Source: an uncultured Methanosarcinaceae archaeon (GTDB taxonomy: Archaea > Halobacteriota > Methanosarcinia > Methanosarcinales > Methanosarcinaceae). From it: DNA of 64,000 nucleotides. Position numbers and translations under genes: made by a program. Within the stretch, counting starts at the first letter, position 1, and each line of letters begins with the position of its first letter. A model generated the notes under the pieces. The model had not been told where the DNA came from, made no database searches, and saw only the letters and a program-made list of their open reading frames with translations. The stretch lies in NCBI GenBank assembly GCA_963727895.1, contig CAVSHT010000003.1, positions 160,001 through 224,000 on the forward strand, given 5' to 3'. Shown here piece after piece: positions 45,512 to 57,924 of the stretch.

Positions 45512-46964
45512 TCAGCGAAGTCCTTCTATACATTCTTCTTCGCTTGTCTTTTCAGTGTATGCTGCCGGTTCTGCCTGTCTTGGAGCAGTGGCCTGTCTTG
45601 GAGCAGTGAAAGTATCAGTAGCTTCCAGAATTTCGTTGGTGATTCTGTCAAGCAGTTCCATAGATCCTCTGTATCCTACAGAAAGGATGCGTTGTGCACC
45701 GACTCTATCATGTATTGGCAAGCCAATTCTTACAAGGGGGATATTCCTGGATTTTGCAATATATCTACCATTGGAATTTCCAATCATGATTTCTGGATTA
45801 CATTCACTTACTGCATCGTTAAAGGTATCAAAGTCAATTCCTTTCAGAACCACAGGTTTAAGTTCTGGGTTTATTTTCTCAACTATTTGTTTGACTTTCT
45901 CTTCAAAGTCTCGACTTTTACTTCCGGTTGCTATCAACACGGGGTTCATTCCAAGTTCCAGCATGAAGGTTGTGAGACTAAATACAAGATCAGGATCTCC
46001 GTAGACCGCGGCTTTTAAACCATAAAGGTACTTGTGTACATCAACCATAGAGTCAAGGAGTCTACCTCTTTCTTTCTGATATTTCTCAGGGATAGGACAT
46101 CCAAGAATCTTTACCAGCTCAGTGAAGAAACTATCAGTGTTTGAAAGGCCTATTGGGATTGAAACATTATATCCGGAAACTCCATGCACTCCTTCCAGAT
46201 AGTTAACGGCTAAGTTCTTACTAACTGTGCCCAGGCCCAGACTTGCCTGACTGTTTGGCATGTCAGCAATTTCGGAAAGTGGGGTACCACCAGGTGCAAT
46301 TTTCGGAAGATCTTCTCTTAGTGGAGCATCAAAGGTTTCTGAAATATCGGGCAGGAAAATATAATCTCCAGCCATAACATCGAAGATCTCTTTAAGTTCT
46401 CGTACATCAGCAGGAGAGAGGCTTTCAACCGGGATGACGTTAAGTTTTCCATTCGGGAATTTTTACGGCTTTATCATCTTCAGATTTTTCCGCAAATTTC
46501 CTGACAACTGCGTCTATAGCTTTTATATACCCGCTTACATGGCTTTCCCCATAGCTGGGAGTGGAAACCGGAACGATTATAATATCTTTTTCAGGGTCAT
46601 TTCCAATCTCTTGTTCTTCTTTAAATTCCCGGATAATCGCAGGCACATCGTCCCCAATTGTTTCGGCAAGGCAGGTAGTGGCAACTCCGATTACTTTCGG
46701 ATTATATCTGTTGATTACATTTCTTAGCCCTTTTTTCAGGTTATCCCTGCCTCCGTAAACTGCTCCTTTTTCGCTGAGGGAGCTTGATGCAATATCTACG
46801 GGTTCCCTGAAGTGGTGGGCAAGAAGCAGGCGCATGTAGGTGCTGCAGCCCTGAGAGCCATGATAAAGAACCATAGTATTCTCAATTCCCTTGAACGCAA
46901 GGGCGCTTCCCATGGGCTGGCACATAACACAGGGGTTCACAGTTGCATAGTTTCTTTTCGTCAT
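45512..46964 (-). CDS. nifN: FeMo-cofactor scaffold NifN (+1 frameshift near 46455)
   Basis: NPCVMCQPMG, HGSQGCSTY, TTCLAETIGDD. Confidence 0.92.
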
Positions 46965-46976
46965 CTCAATGTCTCC

Positions 46977-48536
46977 TCATACCTGACTCTCAATTGCAGT
47001 ATCGGATTTCTGGTGCACAAATTCAGGTTTCAGGAGTATATTTTTACACTTCTTTGTGTAATTTTCTCCGGAAGTCCTTTCTTCTACTGCCGCTTTCTCA
47101 ATTCGATTTAATTTTTCTTCTGATTCTACTGCTTCGGGTTTCAGGATCCGCTGCCTTACAGCATTCCATACCGGGCTGCTGATTGAAGCATCCACTTCCC
47201 GTGCAAAGTTTACAGAAGCCATCAAAGCCTTCAAATTCCACCACTCTATCGTGGTTGAAGTCACAGAAAGCGATTCCAAGCTTGTATGCAATAAATCTCT
47301 CTTTTACACCTGCAACCATCAGGTCAGCTTTCTGTTCTATGAGCAATTCGGCAAGTTCAAGGGGATTTGCATCATCAACAATAACTGTTCCGTCTCTCAC
47401 TGAATAACTAATCTGCTCGTAATCTTCTTTTTTCCCGGTCTGGGTTCCGATAATAACTACTTCCATACCAAGTTCGGCAAAGCCTTTGATAAGCGTGAGA
47501 GCTTTTGCAGGTCCTCCCATGTAAATGGCGGCTTTCTTTCCTTTGACCCTTTCCCTGATTCTGGATATTTCAGGCATTATACGGTTTATTTCAGTCTCCA
47601 GAATTTTCTCTGCTTTTTTCATTCATCTCTTCGGAGCCAAAATAATCTACAGTCCTCCTCATGGCTAAGGAAATATCTTCAATTCCGAAGAAACTTGCAT
47701 TTATATAGGGGATTCCGCATTCTTGCTGCATCCATTTTGCAAGATATGTCATAGATCCACTGCATTGAACAAGGTTAAGGTCTGCTTCAGCTGCTCTGGA
47801 TATGGCTTCTGCGGTTGAGTCCCCTGTCATTGAGACTATGACTTCGATTCCCATTTGCTCAAAGAGGGGCTTTACGAGCCAGACATCTCCAGCCACATTA
47901 AATTCCCCTAAAATGTTAATCTTTGGCTTTATGGTTTCAGGAGCTCTAGGACTTTTTTTCTCAGTTTCTTCCTTCGAAGGTCTTTTGATCAACTTTTTTA
48001 AGGCATCACAGGCAGCTTTGTATCCGTCGGCCTTATTTCCTTTGAAACCTTCAGATTTTACAGGGATTACAGGAGTATTATGTTTCTGACTTGCAGTTTT
48101 ACACACAGACTCCAGATCATCTCCAATAATTCCAACTATGCATGTGGAATACACAAAAATGACAGGAGGGTGGTAGAGCTCCAACCAGTTCATCAATAGC
48201 ACTTGAGAGTTTTTTCTCTCCACCAAATACCACATCAAGCTCTTTCATATCAGTGCTAAAGCTAGTGCGGTTCGTTTCGACTCCACTGGACTTTGCACCT
48301 CTTATATCCCAGGTATAACCTGCACAGCCGATTGGACCGTGGACCAGGTGGACAGCATCGGTTACAGGGTTTAAGACAACCCTGGCTCCCGAATAAACAC
48401 AGGCTCTCTGGCTAATAGCTCCAGCAAGAGAATTATTGTCACAGGCAAGGGGAATTCCTTGCCCCTTTTCCTGTTTTTTAGCAATATATGGTTTTCTTTC
48501 TTCGAGAGTATCCACTATCCCAATTTTCTCTTCCAT
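46977..48536 (-). CDS. nifE: FeMo-cofactor scaffold NifE (three +1 frameshifts)
   Basis: SQRACVYSGA, HGPIGC, STCIVGIIGDD; shifts near 48182, 47622 and 47214. Confidence 0.92.
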
Positions 48537-48612
48537 TTCTTTCACTCCCCTCTGCTTCGATTTTCAGGTTTGCAGCGGCAGTTCTCCAGTTACTCGTTTA
48601 AATTAGAAGTCT

Positions 48613-49983
48613 TTACTCGATGGTTTCAAGCAGCCAGTCTGGAGCATCCCTGTCTTTCCTGTCAAGAAGGGTATTTCCTATACGCTCTACGAGTCTTGCA
48701 GCTCCTGCGTATCCCATTATTGGGAAGTAATGCAGATTTGCTCTGTCCATAATCGGGAAACCTACCCTAATCAATGGTACATCTTCTGCCCTTGCTATGA
48801 ATTTCCCGTAGGTATTGCCTATAAGGAGATCAACACGTTTTCTCTTGATTATCTGGTGAAGAGTGAACATGTCTCCTCCGGAAATTACATCAGCCTCCGG
48901 ATACTCTGAGTCTATTATTCCATGGATTTCTTTTTCAAACTCAGAACTTTGAGTTCCTGTAAGTACTACAGCAGGCTCCATGCCCATTTCCATCACAAGA
49001 CTGGTCAGACCGGTAAGGATATCCGGATCTCCGTAAAGAGCTACCCTTTTTCCGTGATAGTGTGGATGAGCATCGGTCATCATATCCACAAGCCTTCCTC
49101 TCTCGTCTTCAAGCTCGGGAGGAATTGCCACATTGGCAAGCTTTGCCGCGTTCATTATGAAACGGTCTGTGTTCCTGATTCCTATGGGAGTAGGCCCTCT
49201 TTTTGCCGGAACCTTGTAGCGTTTTTCAAGGATCTTTGCAGCTGATCCTCCTGCCATTTTGCAGGGGGCAAGTGTTCCGAAGGAATTTGCAGAGTCCTCT
49301 ATATCTCCTATCGGAGTTCCACCTTTTGGATACATCCCAGGTTCGCCGGTAAGTGGTGCATCAAAGACGTCAGTAGTATCGGGAAACACAATGCTGGAAA
49401 TTCCCATTATTGAGAGTATGCGTTTCATTTCCCTTATGTCCCCAGGTTCTACAAAACCGGGGATAAGGTTTAGTTTCCCGTTTGGTTTGCTCTTTTTGGC
49501 AAAGGTGGTTACAAAGGCCTTTACCATGTTGTCATAGCCGGTAATATGGGTGCCCACGTAACTCGGGGTAGAAGCTGCACAGATCTTAATTGAAGGATCT
49601 ATGAGTTCTTCAGCTCTTACATCTTCTAAGATGACACCTACGTCGTCACCTATTGTTTCGGCTACGCAGGTGGTATGAATGGCAATTACTTCAGGTTTGT
49701 AGATTGCAGTCAGGTTTCCAAGGGCTTCCTTAAGGTTTGCAGCGCCTCCGAAAACTGCAGTCCCTTCTGAGAAACTGCTGGTAGTTGCCATGGCAGCTTC
49801 TCGGTAGTGTCTGCTTAAGCACATACGCAGGTAGGAGAGGCACCCCTGGGATCCGTGACTGTGCGGCATGCAGTTGTGTACACCAAGAGCTGCATAGACT
49901 GCGCCTATTGGCTGGCAGATTTTTGCAGGGTTAATGGTTACTGCTTCTCTGGTTACTTCTTCACATGGGGTATAGTCTAACAT
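48613..49983 (-). CDS. nifK: Nitrogenase MoFe protein beta chain
   Basis: NPAKICQPIG, HGSQGC, TTCVAETIGDD; intact. Confidence 0.95.
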   Translation of the reverse strand: MLDYTPCEEVTREAVTINPAKICQPIGAVYAALGVHNCMPHSHGSQGCLSYLRMCLSRHYREAAMATTSSFSEGTAVFGGAANLKEALGNLTAIYKPEVIAIHTTCVAETIGDDVGVILEDVRAEELIDPSIKICAASTPSYVGTHITGYDNMVKAFVTTFAKKSKPNGKLNLIPGFVEPGDIREMKRILSIMGISSIVFPDTTDVFDAPLTGEPGMYPKGGTPIGDIEDSANSFGTLAPCKMAGGSAAKILEKRYKVPAKRGPTPIGIRNTDRFIMNAAKLANVAIPPELEDERGRLVDMMTDAHPHYHGKRVALYGDPDILTGLTSLVMEMGMEPAVVLTGTQSSEFEKEIHGIIDSEYPEADVISGGDMFTLHQIIKRKRVDLLIGNTYGKFIARAEDVPLIRVGFPIMDRANLHYFPIMGYAGAARLVERIGNTLLDRKDRDAPDWLLETIE

Positions 49984-49995
49984 TTTTCTCTCTCC

Positions 49996-51601
49996 TTACT
50001 CCATATCTTCTGGCTTTCCAGGGCGGGCGTATGAACCTCCAGGTTGGGCTGTGCAGAGCCATATCAATGTCCCTTGCAAAGTTCAAGACTCCGGAAAATC
50101 CTGTGTATCTTCCACTGTAATCGTATGAGTGGATCTGCCTTGACGGAATTCCAAGCTTCTGAGCCCAGTACTTATCCTTGATCCCGGAGCAGAAGATATC
50201 GGGTTTAAGGGCTTTTACAAGAGCTTCAGTCTCGTGATGGTTAAGATCATCAATAACAATGGTTCCATCTTTCATATCAGGAAAAAGCCCTTCATAGTCC
50301 ATGAGCCCGATTTTCTTTTTCAGCTCTTCAATCCTTTCCGGACTGACTGCGGGTTCGATGCTTTCGTCCCTTTCGTAGTGCACATCCTCCAGCATGGAGC
50401 CAAGAGCATTTCCCTTGATCTGAGGTATGATCTGTCTGCCTTCGTAGTCGTCTCTGTGGGCAAACTGATAACCTGCAACAACTACTTTCATGCCAAGTTC
50501 TTCGAAGAGGTTCTCATAGTGGTGACTCCTGGAGCCTCCGGAATAGATAAAGGCGGTTTTTCCCTGGAGTTTCTTTCTGTACCTCTCGATTTCATCCTTA
50601 TACTTTGCTTTTTCTTCGGCAATTGTTTCTTCAGTTTTCCTGGTAAGTTCCGGATCGTCAAAGTACTCTGCCATTTTCCGAAGGGATTTTTCGGTACCTT
50701 TCGTGCCTATGTAATTGACCTTCAGCCAGGGAAGTCCGTATTTTTCTTCCATCATGCGGTTCGTGTAGTTGATAGAACGATGGCACAGCAGGATACTGAG
50801 CTTTGCCCTGTGAGCCTGTGCAAGTTTATGGAAAGAACCGTCTCCGGTGAAGGTTGAGACAATTCTGTACCCTATTTTTTCAAGGATTGGCTTTACTTCC
50901 CAGAAGTCTCCTCCTATATTGTATTCTCCGAATACGTTGATGTCAAAGGGTGTTGGATTTTCAAGTTCCTCGGTCCCGATCAGGTTTTCCATCAGGACAT
51001 TGCTTGCAATGTGGTGTCCTGCTGACTGACTAACTCCTCTGTATCCTTCACAGCGTGGAGGGGATAACCTTGATCCCATACTCTTTTTCAGCTTCTCTTG
51101 CCAACGGCTTCAATGTCATCTCCAATAAGTCCTACAGGGCAGGTTGCAGAGATGCTGATTGCTTCAGGGTTGAAGATCTTTACAATCTCATCAATGGCTT
51201 TCTTTAGTTTCTTCTCTCCACCAAAGACGATATCAGTTTCCTTCATGTCGGTGCATACGCAGTAGTTACTGAAAGTTGTCTTCACCTTCCTCTGCTTTTG
51301 CAAGGTTTCGCCTGGTTCCCCAGGTATAAGTATGCACAGCCTATAGGACCGTGAACTAGGTGTACCATGTCCTTGATCGGCCCGAAGACCACACCTTTCG
51401 AACCTGCAAAAGCGCATCCGCGGTTTGTAAGGATACCTGGAATTACCTTGTCGTCTGGCTTCGATATGCTGTTCGGTGGAACAGTCCCTAACAACTATGT
51501 GTTTTCTTCTGTTCCTTGCAGCCTTTTCCGGGAGCACTTTTAACATTTCATCGACAAGCTTTTGTTCTGTCTTCAATTCCCGAATCTATTTCTGCTCCCA
51601 T
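49996..51601 (-). CDS. nifD: Nitrogenase MoFe protein alpha chain (several +1 frameshifts)
   Basis: [38 protein letters not shown]. Confidence 0.93.
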
Positions 51602-51978
51602 TAAACCAACTCCTTATTTACGGTCGCCTCTCCGCTTTCTCCAGTCCGGATGCGGATTGCTTCAGTAACGTTTGACACGAAAATCTTTCCATCTCCTGCA
51701 TTTCCGGTCTGGTTAACCTCTATGATTTTCTGGACCACTTCGTTTACGTTTTCGTCATCCACAACGATGGTGAACATGCGTTTTGGAATGAAACGAATAC
51801 AGGTCTCAGCTTCCTTTTCCGGATTTGGCAGAGGTGGATTAAATTCAAAGCAGAGCCCTTTTTGTTTTCCGCGGCCCATAACCCTTCTTACGGTAAACGA
51901 AGGAAAGCCGCACTCAAGCAGGACATCTTTAGTTTTCTGGACTTTATTCATCCTGATTATCGCAGTAATCTCTTTCAT
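51601..51978 (-). CDS. nifI2: PII protein NifI2
   Basis: GRGKQKG, GDGKIFV; between nifI1 and nifD. Confidence 0.92.
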   Translation of the reverse strand: MKEITAIIRMNKVQKTKDVLLECGFPSFTVRRVMGRGKQKGLCFEFNPPLPNPEKEAETCIRFIPKRMFTIVVDDENVNEVVQKIIEVNQTGNAGDGKIFVSNVTEAIRIRTGESGEATVNKELV

Positions 51979-52003
51979 GGGATTTTTCTCCGAAAATCCG
52001 GCT

Positions 52004-52322
52004 TTAAAGTCCTGGTTTTCCAGTCCTTATGGTATAGGCTTCTTCCACAGGGGTTACGAAGATCCTACCGTCTCCGTATTTTCCGGTTCTGGCGGACTCC
52101 ATTATGGTTTGTACAGCCCTGTCTTTATGTTCGTCTTCTACCACAAGCATGAGCATGGTCTTCTGCAGTTCATCGTAGGTCGATATCTGCTATATGGATC
52201 CCTTTCTGCTTTCCTCTTCCGAAGACTTCCATTTTTGTAAGGGAAATGCAGCCCTCTTTTTCAAGGCTCTCGATAACCTTAGTTTCCATGCCTGGTCTGA
52301 TAATTGCACGTATCATCTGCAT
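52004..52322 (-). CDS. nifI1: PII protein NifI1 (+1 frameshift near 52181)
   Basis: [18 protein letters not shown] / [26 protein letters not shown]; 319 bp; absent from the ORF track. Confidence 0.9.
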
Positions 52323-52350
52323 AGTTTTTAGCTCCTCTGCATCTCAACAA

Positions 52351-53206
<856 letters not shown>

Positions 53207-53209
53207 CTA

Positions 53210-53248
53210 GGAAGCCGGTATCCGTTGTACTATCCAATAGTATATATA
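53210..53248 (-). promoter_or_regulatory. nifH promoter: TATA box plus NrpR-type operator
   Basis: TATATATA at 53241-53248; GGAT-ACCGGC-TTCC at 53210-53223, one mismatch to GGAA-N6-TTCC. Confidence 0.65.
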
Positions 53249-53371
53249 TCTTTCTATTCATTAGAAAATCTATTATCATTAATTGTCTTTTTTTGCAAGT
53301 TTCAGGAAAGGATTAATAAATGGTTTCTTGTAAATTGAAAAACATAAAATGAATAACAGGAAGACCTTTTC

Positions 53372-54562
53372 ATGATCCCTGAAGCCTCTTATGATGTAAT
53401 CGTTGTGGGCGCAGGCCCTGCAGGTTCTACAGCCGCCATGTATGCCGCAGAGAACGGCGCCTCGGTTCTGCTTCTTGATAAAAAACGAGAGATTGGCAGC
53501 CCTATTCAGTGTGCTGGTTTTCTTCCAGATGCTTCGGAAGTACAGGCTTTGCTCCGTGATGCCAGACTTCCGGATACACTGAAAAATTACCCTGATTCCT
53601 GTGTTCTGCAGCGAATTGAGACTCAGCGTATTGTTCCCCCAAACTGCAATATAAAAGAGTTTGCTGTCAAGGGTACAGTCCTTGACAGGTGCAGATTTGA
53701 TCAGTTCCTTGCCGAGCAAGCATCAAGAGCAGGTGCTAAACTGATGATTAAGACTCGCGTAACGAAAATTGAGGGTACTACTGTTGAAACTTCAGGGGTC
53801 TTTGGGAAACACAAGATTAAAGCAAAAGCTATCATAGGAGCCGACGGTCCTAATTCTCTGGTTGCAAAATCAAAAGGGTTTGCCCTTAAGCCCGAATCAA
53901 GGGAAACCTCGGTTGCTATTGAATATCAGGTCAGGAATGTGGATATTGACTCTTCTGCTCTGGAGATGTATTTCGGAAAGGATCTTGTACCGGGTGGTTA
54001 CGCCTGGATTTTTCCCGAAGGCAAGGATCGGGCAAATGTAGGAGTAGGAATTCGAAGCGGAATGGCTGAAAAAGGTATTTCTGCAAAAGAATATCTTAAC
54101 CGTTTTATGCGGGATCATCCGCTTGCAGGACCAAAATTGAAAAACGGTATAGTCATGAATGTAATTGCAGGCATTATCCCTGTGAGTGGTGCTCCTGAAA
54201 GAACTGCAACTGAAAACACTCTGATTGTAGGGGATGCAGCCGGCCAGATTTTTGCAACAAACGGAGGGGGAATTCCTCCTGCAATGATTGCCGGAAAAGT
54301 AGCAGGAGAAACTGCAGCCGAATTTGCAGTCGGAAAATGCAGGCTTGAAGAATATGATCGCCGCTGGCGATCTCAGTTCGGAGAGGCGCTTGAAACGTCG
54401 GTGCAGGCAAGGCAGCTCATGGATGGAATTATGAAATCTGATACTCTTATGAATGCAGCTTTCAAACTTATTTCCCCTGAGCAGATGAAAGTCATGCAGT
54501 GCGGAAAACTTCCAGGCCCCGTAAAATTTGGACTTCAGACACTGAACTGGAAAAAGAAGTAA
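53372..54562 (+). CDS. Geranylgeranyl reductase-family FAD oxidoreductase
   Basis: VVGAGPAGS, GYAWIFP, VGDAAG. Confidence 0.9.
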   Translation: MIPEASYDVIVVGAGPAGSTAAMYAAENGASVLLLDKKREIGSPIQCAGFLPDASEVQALLRDARLPDTLKNYPDSCVLQRIETQRIVPPNCNIKEFAVKGTVLDRCRFDQFLAEQASRAGAKLMIKTRVTKIEGTTVETSGVFGKHKIKAKAIIGADGPNSLVAKSKGFALKPESRETSVAIEYQVRNVDIDSSALEMYFGKDLVPGGYAWIFPEGKDRANVGVGIRSGMAEKGISAKEYLNRFMRDHPLAGPKLKNGIVMNVIAGIIPVSGAPERTATENTLIVGDAAGQIFATNGGGIPPAMIAGKVAGETAAEFAVGKCRLEEYDRRWRSQFGEALETSVQARQLMDGIMKSDTLMNAAFKLISPEQMKVMQCGKLPGPVKFGLQTLNWKKK

Positions 54563-54887
54563 CTAAGGTAGAAATATGAAAAAGAATAAGCTGTATGAAA
54601 CTAAATAATAAATAATCCCTGCAGAAAAATACTCAAATCTACTACCTGTAGATTGAAAACGACAAATTTATCCGATAAGTAACAGCAATCTTGAATTATT
54701 GTCCAGTTTGATTTTCGCCTGAATTTTGAGATTTCTATAGGGCCAATTAAAGGATTATTTATATATTTGACTTCATCATGAAATCCTTCTCATATTTTTT
54801 GCAATGGAAATAATTCTTTTTATATTTTTCTGTATATACATAAAACTGTTCTGTTTATATACATTCTAAGTTTTTCTATTTTTTAGG

Positions 54888-55519
54888 ATGAATACTATCT
54901 GTCATAAATCATTTTCAAAAAGAGATGAATCTTTTGATTTTTTTCGTGGAATTGCAATAATAGCAGTTGTAGCAATCCATGTGAGAAGTGTTTTTAACTC
55001 TTATAACTCAAATGCCTTGCTTCTATATAGATAATCTTTAAATTTTACAGTCCTAGTATTCCTTTTTATATCAGGATATTTTCTTTCAAACAAGAAAATA
55101 GATTCATTCGAAGAATATAAGAGATTTTTAACGCACCGATTAAGCAGAGTTCTAATCCCATATTTTTTTTGGTCTATTTTGATTTTGTCAAGTGGCATAC
55201 TTATATCTCATGACTTTAATATAAAACGAATAATATTCAAGCTCCTGACGGGGGGGGCACTTGTGCCTTATTATTTCATTATTTTGATTGTTCAGTTTTA
55301 TTTATTGACCCCAATATTTCATCACATTAATAAAATATCGCATGGTTTTATTTTGATAATAGCCATAAATATTTTGAGTCTTCTATTTTCATATATTACA
55401 AGGTTATATTATGGGTCAGTCTTTTCATCATTAGTTGTATATGCAATGCCATTTTATATGTGGATTGTTTTTTATGAGTTTGGAGTATTGTATAGAAACT
55501 TTGATAGATATAGAATTTC
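54888..55519 (+). pseudogene. Acyltransferase family 3 (OafA-like), nonsense codon and IS-truncated
   Basis: FDFFRGIAIIAVVAIH, FLFISGY, RVLIPY, QFYLL; TAA near 55032. Confidence 0.8.
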
Positions 55520-56261
55520 GGTATTGTTACTTAACTATATCTAGTTCTTTATTTCTGTATTTCATCAATATAATAACCGAGTACTTTAGCATTTCAAGAC
55601 TCTTCGTATAACACTTTGTCTTTCTTCTCAACCTTGCCAAAAAGTGCCTCAATATGCTGTTATATCCTTCAACAGTATACGTTTCTGCTTTTGATTGAGT
55701 ATGAATCGTTTCAGGACGAAACTCTGCATATGCCCTCCAGTGATCTGTCATCACTTCTTCAATGTCTTTTTTCTTCACTTTTTCCCAGAGTAGTTTTCCA
55801 ATTTCCGTTCCTCTGCTACCAAAAGAGCAGTTGATGAACTTTTTCCCAACTCTATCAACAGCAATCCAGATCCAGCAATATTTTTTTTTGTTACCGATGT
55901 AAGTGTGCATTTCATCCATTTCAACAATAGATATCTCATTTTCACTTTTTAGGTCCTCTAACTCCTGACCAAATTTCTTTATCCATCTTTGGACAGAAAA
56001 CATGACTCACCCCTAAAAACCGTCCTATTGAGCGAAAGCCCAATCCTTCAAGGTAAAGTTGTAAAGCCTGTTTTTTAACAGAGGCGGAAAAAGCAGTTGA
56101 TTTTAGCTCTACTGTATAGTTATATCCACAATCATGGCATTTGTACCGTTGACGCCCACCAACTATACCGTTCTTTTTGTGACTGGAACTATTGCATCTG
56201 GGGCAGTTCATGAAGAAATATGTGTTATAAGCATATATATCTATTTTTGTTTACCAATGCC
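55520..56261 (-). mobile_element. IS1-family element, copy 6
   Basis: IRs GGCATTGGT/GGTATTGTT; two +1 homopolymer insertions; no TSD. Confidence 0.95.
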
Positions 56262-56567
56262 TTTTATTTTTCTTAGTTCGGTTTCAGCGTCCTCTTTATT
56301 ATATTTTGCTTCAGGGTAGCGAGGTTGAATCTCAAGAGCTTTATCAAAGGAAGCAATAGCTTCTTCGTACTGCTTAAGACCTACATATTCAAGTCCTATG
56401 AGGTTCCAAGCTCCTGCAAAATCAGGCTTCAGTTTCAGAACCTTTCCATAATATTCTATCTTTTTTTCAGGATCGATTTCGCTTGCTGCAAGCCCATACC
56501 ATTCTTCTGTGGTTTTGCCTTCAAGTTTCTTTTTGAATAAGCTGTCCAGAAATCCCAATAGCAACAC
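56262..56567 (-). CDS. TPR-repeat protein (3' end runs into IS1)
   Basis: AWNLIG..Y..LKQYEEAIASFDKALEIQP. Confidence 0.8.
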
Positions 56568-56804
56568 TTCCCATTTAGAAGATTAGTTTAGCAGGTAGAA
56601 ATAGATAGTGATTGTTTACCTAAATAGCAAAGCAAGTGAATATTAACATCTATAATGTAATTTCTGTTATAATCTCAAAAAGAGTTCATTTCTTAATGTA
56701 TTCTGAATAAATAGTTGCATTCTGAATAAATAATCAAACATGCCGTTGGAAACGCAGATTAAAATAATTTAAAAATTTTAGAAAAAAAGAAAAAATTTAA
56801 AAAC

Positions 56805-57719
56805 TTACTGTGAAAGTAGCTGTGTTTCATTAAGTAAGCTTTTAAAGTCTGAGTTTATCATCAGTTTAGTAATGTTTCCTGATGTTGTTACGTTATAGGT
56901 AACCCCACGTTGGGTAGAGTTTGTCTGCAGAGCCTGAATCTTTTGAGTGAAGTTAGCTTCGGGATTGAGATACACGGAAGTCTGTGTATAACTACCATCA
57001 TTCAATTTTTTAAGCTCCGTATATATCTGATCTGCCGGAAGACTACTCGTGGAATTTGTCTTTGTCATCACTTCTTGGTAGAGACTGCCTTCAGGATTCG
57101 TTTGACTCAGGAGAGTCTTATATTCTGGATAAGCACTTGCATTTCCTAGCAGCACATCAATCACATCTTTCACGCTTTGTCGAGAGCCGAGGAGTACAGG
57201 ATCTCCAACTACGTTCCAGACATCATATGTGTTATTTGTTCTTGCAAGAACACTGTAGTTATCATAGGAAACTAGTCCCCAAGGCATGAACATTTTATGA
57301 TCCGGAATCTCATGAAGCTCGAACCCATTGCTGCCATTAGCATAAGATGCTCCGTAACGTGTTGTTACAGCTGATCCGTACAGAGAGTACATCATTGTTG
57401 TATTCCCAAGGACTTGTTCAAATGGCGTTCCTGTCGTTTTTTGTAGATCCACGTATGTAGCACTTACCACTCCTTTCGGGGACATGTTCAATCCATCGGA
57501 AATTGAATTGAAGGCATGGTTGATCTGCTTGCCAGGAATTTGAGTAAAATATAGAGTATTATTTTGCTCTCCAGCTACAGAAGAAGAGTTATTTTCACTA
57601 TCCTTATTTTTTGAGCTAGCTGAAAAGAAGATCGCACCGGCTGACAGAAGCATTGTTAATACTAGAAAAATAGCCAGATACTTCTGGTTTTTCTTTGCTG
57701 GGTCCTTTTGTTTCATCAA
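56805..57719 (-). CDS. Membrane-anchored extracellular hypothetical protein
   Basis: Basic N-terminus plus a single hydrophobic helix; N/S/T-rich. Confidence 0.7.
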   Translation of the reverse strand: MMKQKDPAKKNQKYLAIFLVLTMLLSAGAIFFSASSKNKDSENNSSSVAGEQNNTLYFTQIPGKQINHAFNSISDGLNMSPKGVVSATYVDLQKTTGTPFEQVLGNTTMMYSLYGSAVTTRYGASYANGSNGFELHEIPDHKMFMPWGLVSYDNYSVLARTNNTYDVWNVVGDPVLLGSRQSVKDVIDVLLGNASAYPEYKTLLSQTNPEGSLYQEVMTKTNSTSSLPADQIYTELKKLNDGSYTQTSVYLNPEANFTQKIQALQTNSTQRGVTYNVTTSGNITKLMINSDFKSLLNETQLLSQ

Positions 57720-57924
57720 TGAAACCTCATAATATAAAGTTAATTTTTCTGATCGTAGAGATCATGTACTTGATGTCTAAATATATTGGCTAAACGTATG
57801 GTTTGAGATCCGCTTACATAAAAAGATTTTTTAATATTCTTTCTACTAAAATTGGATTCAAGATCTCAAACTTGTAATCATATTTGAAATTAAAATAGTT
57901 TGCCATAACAAATCTACCGTTTTT

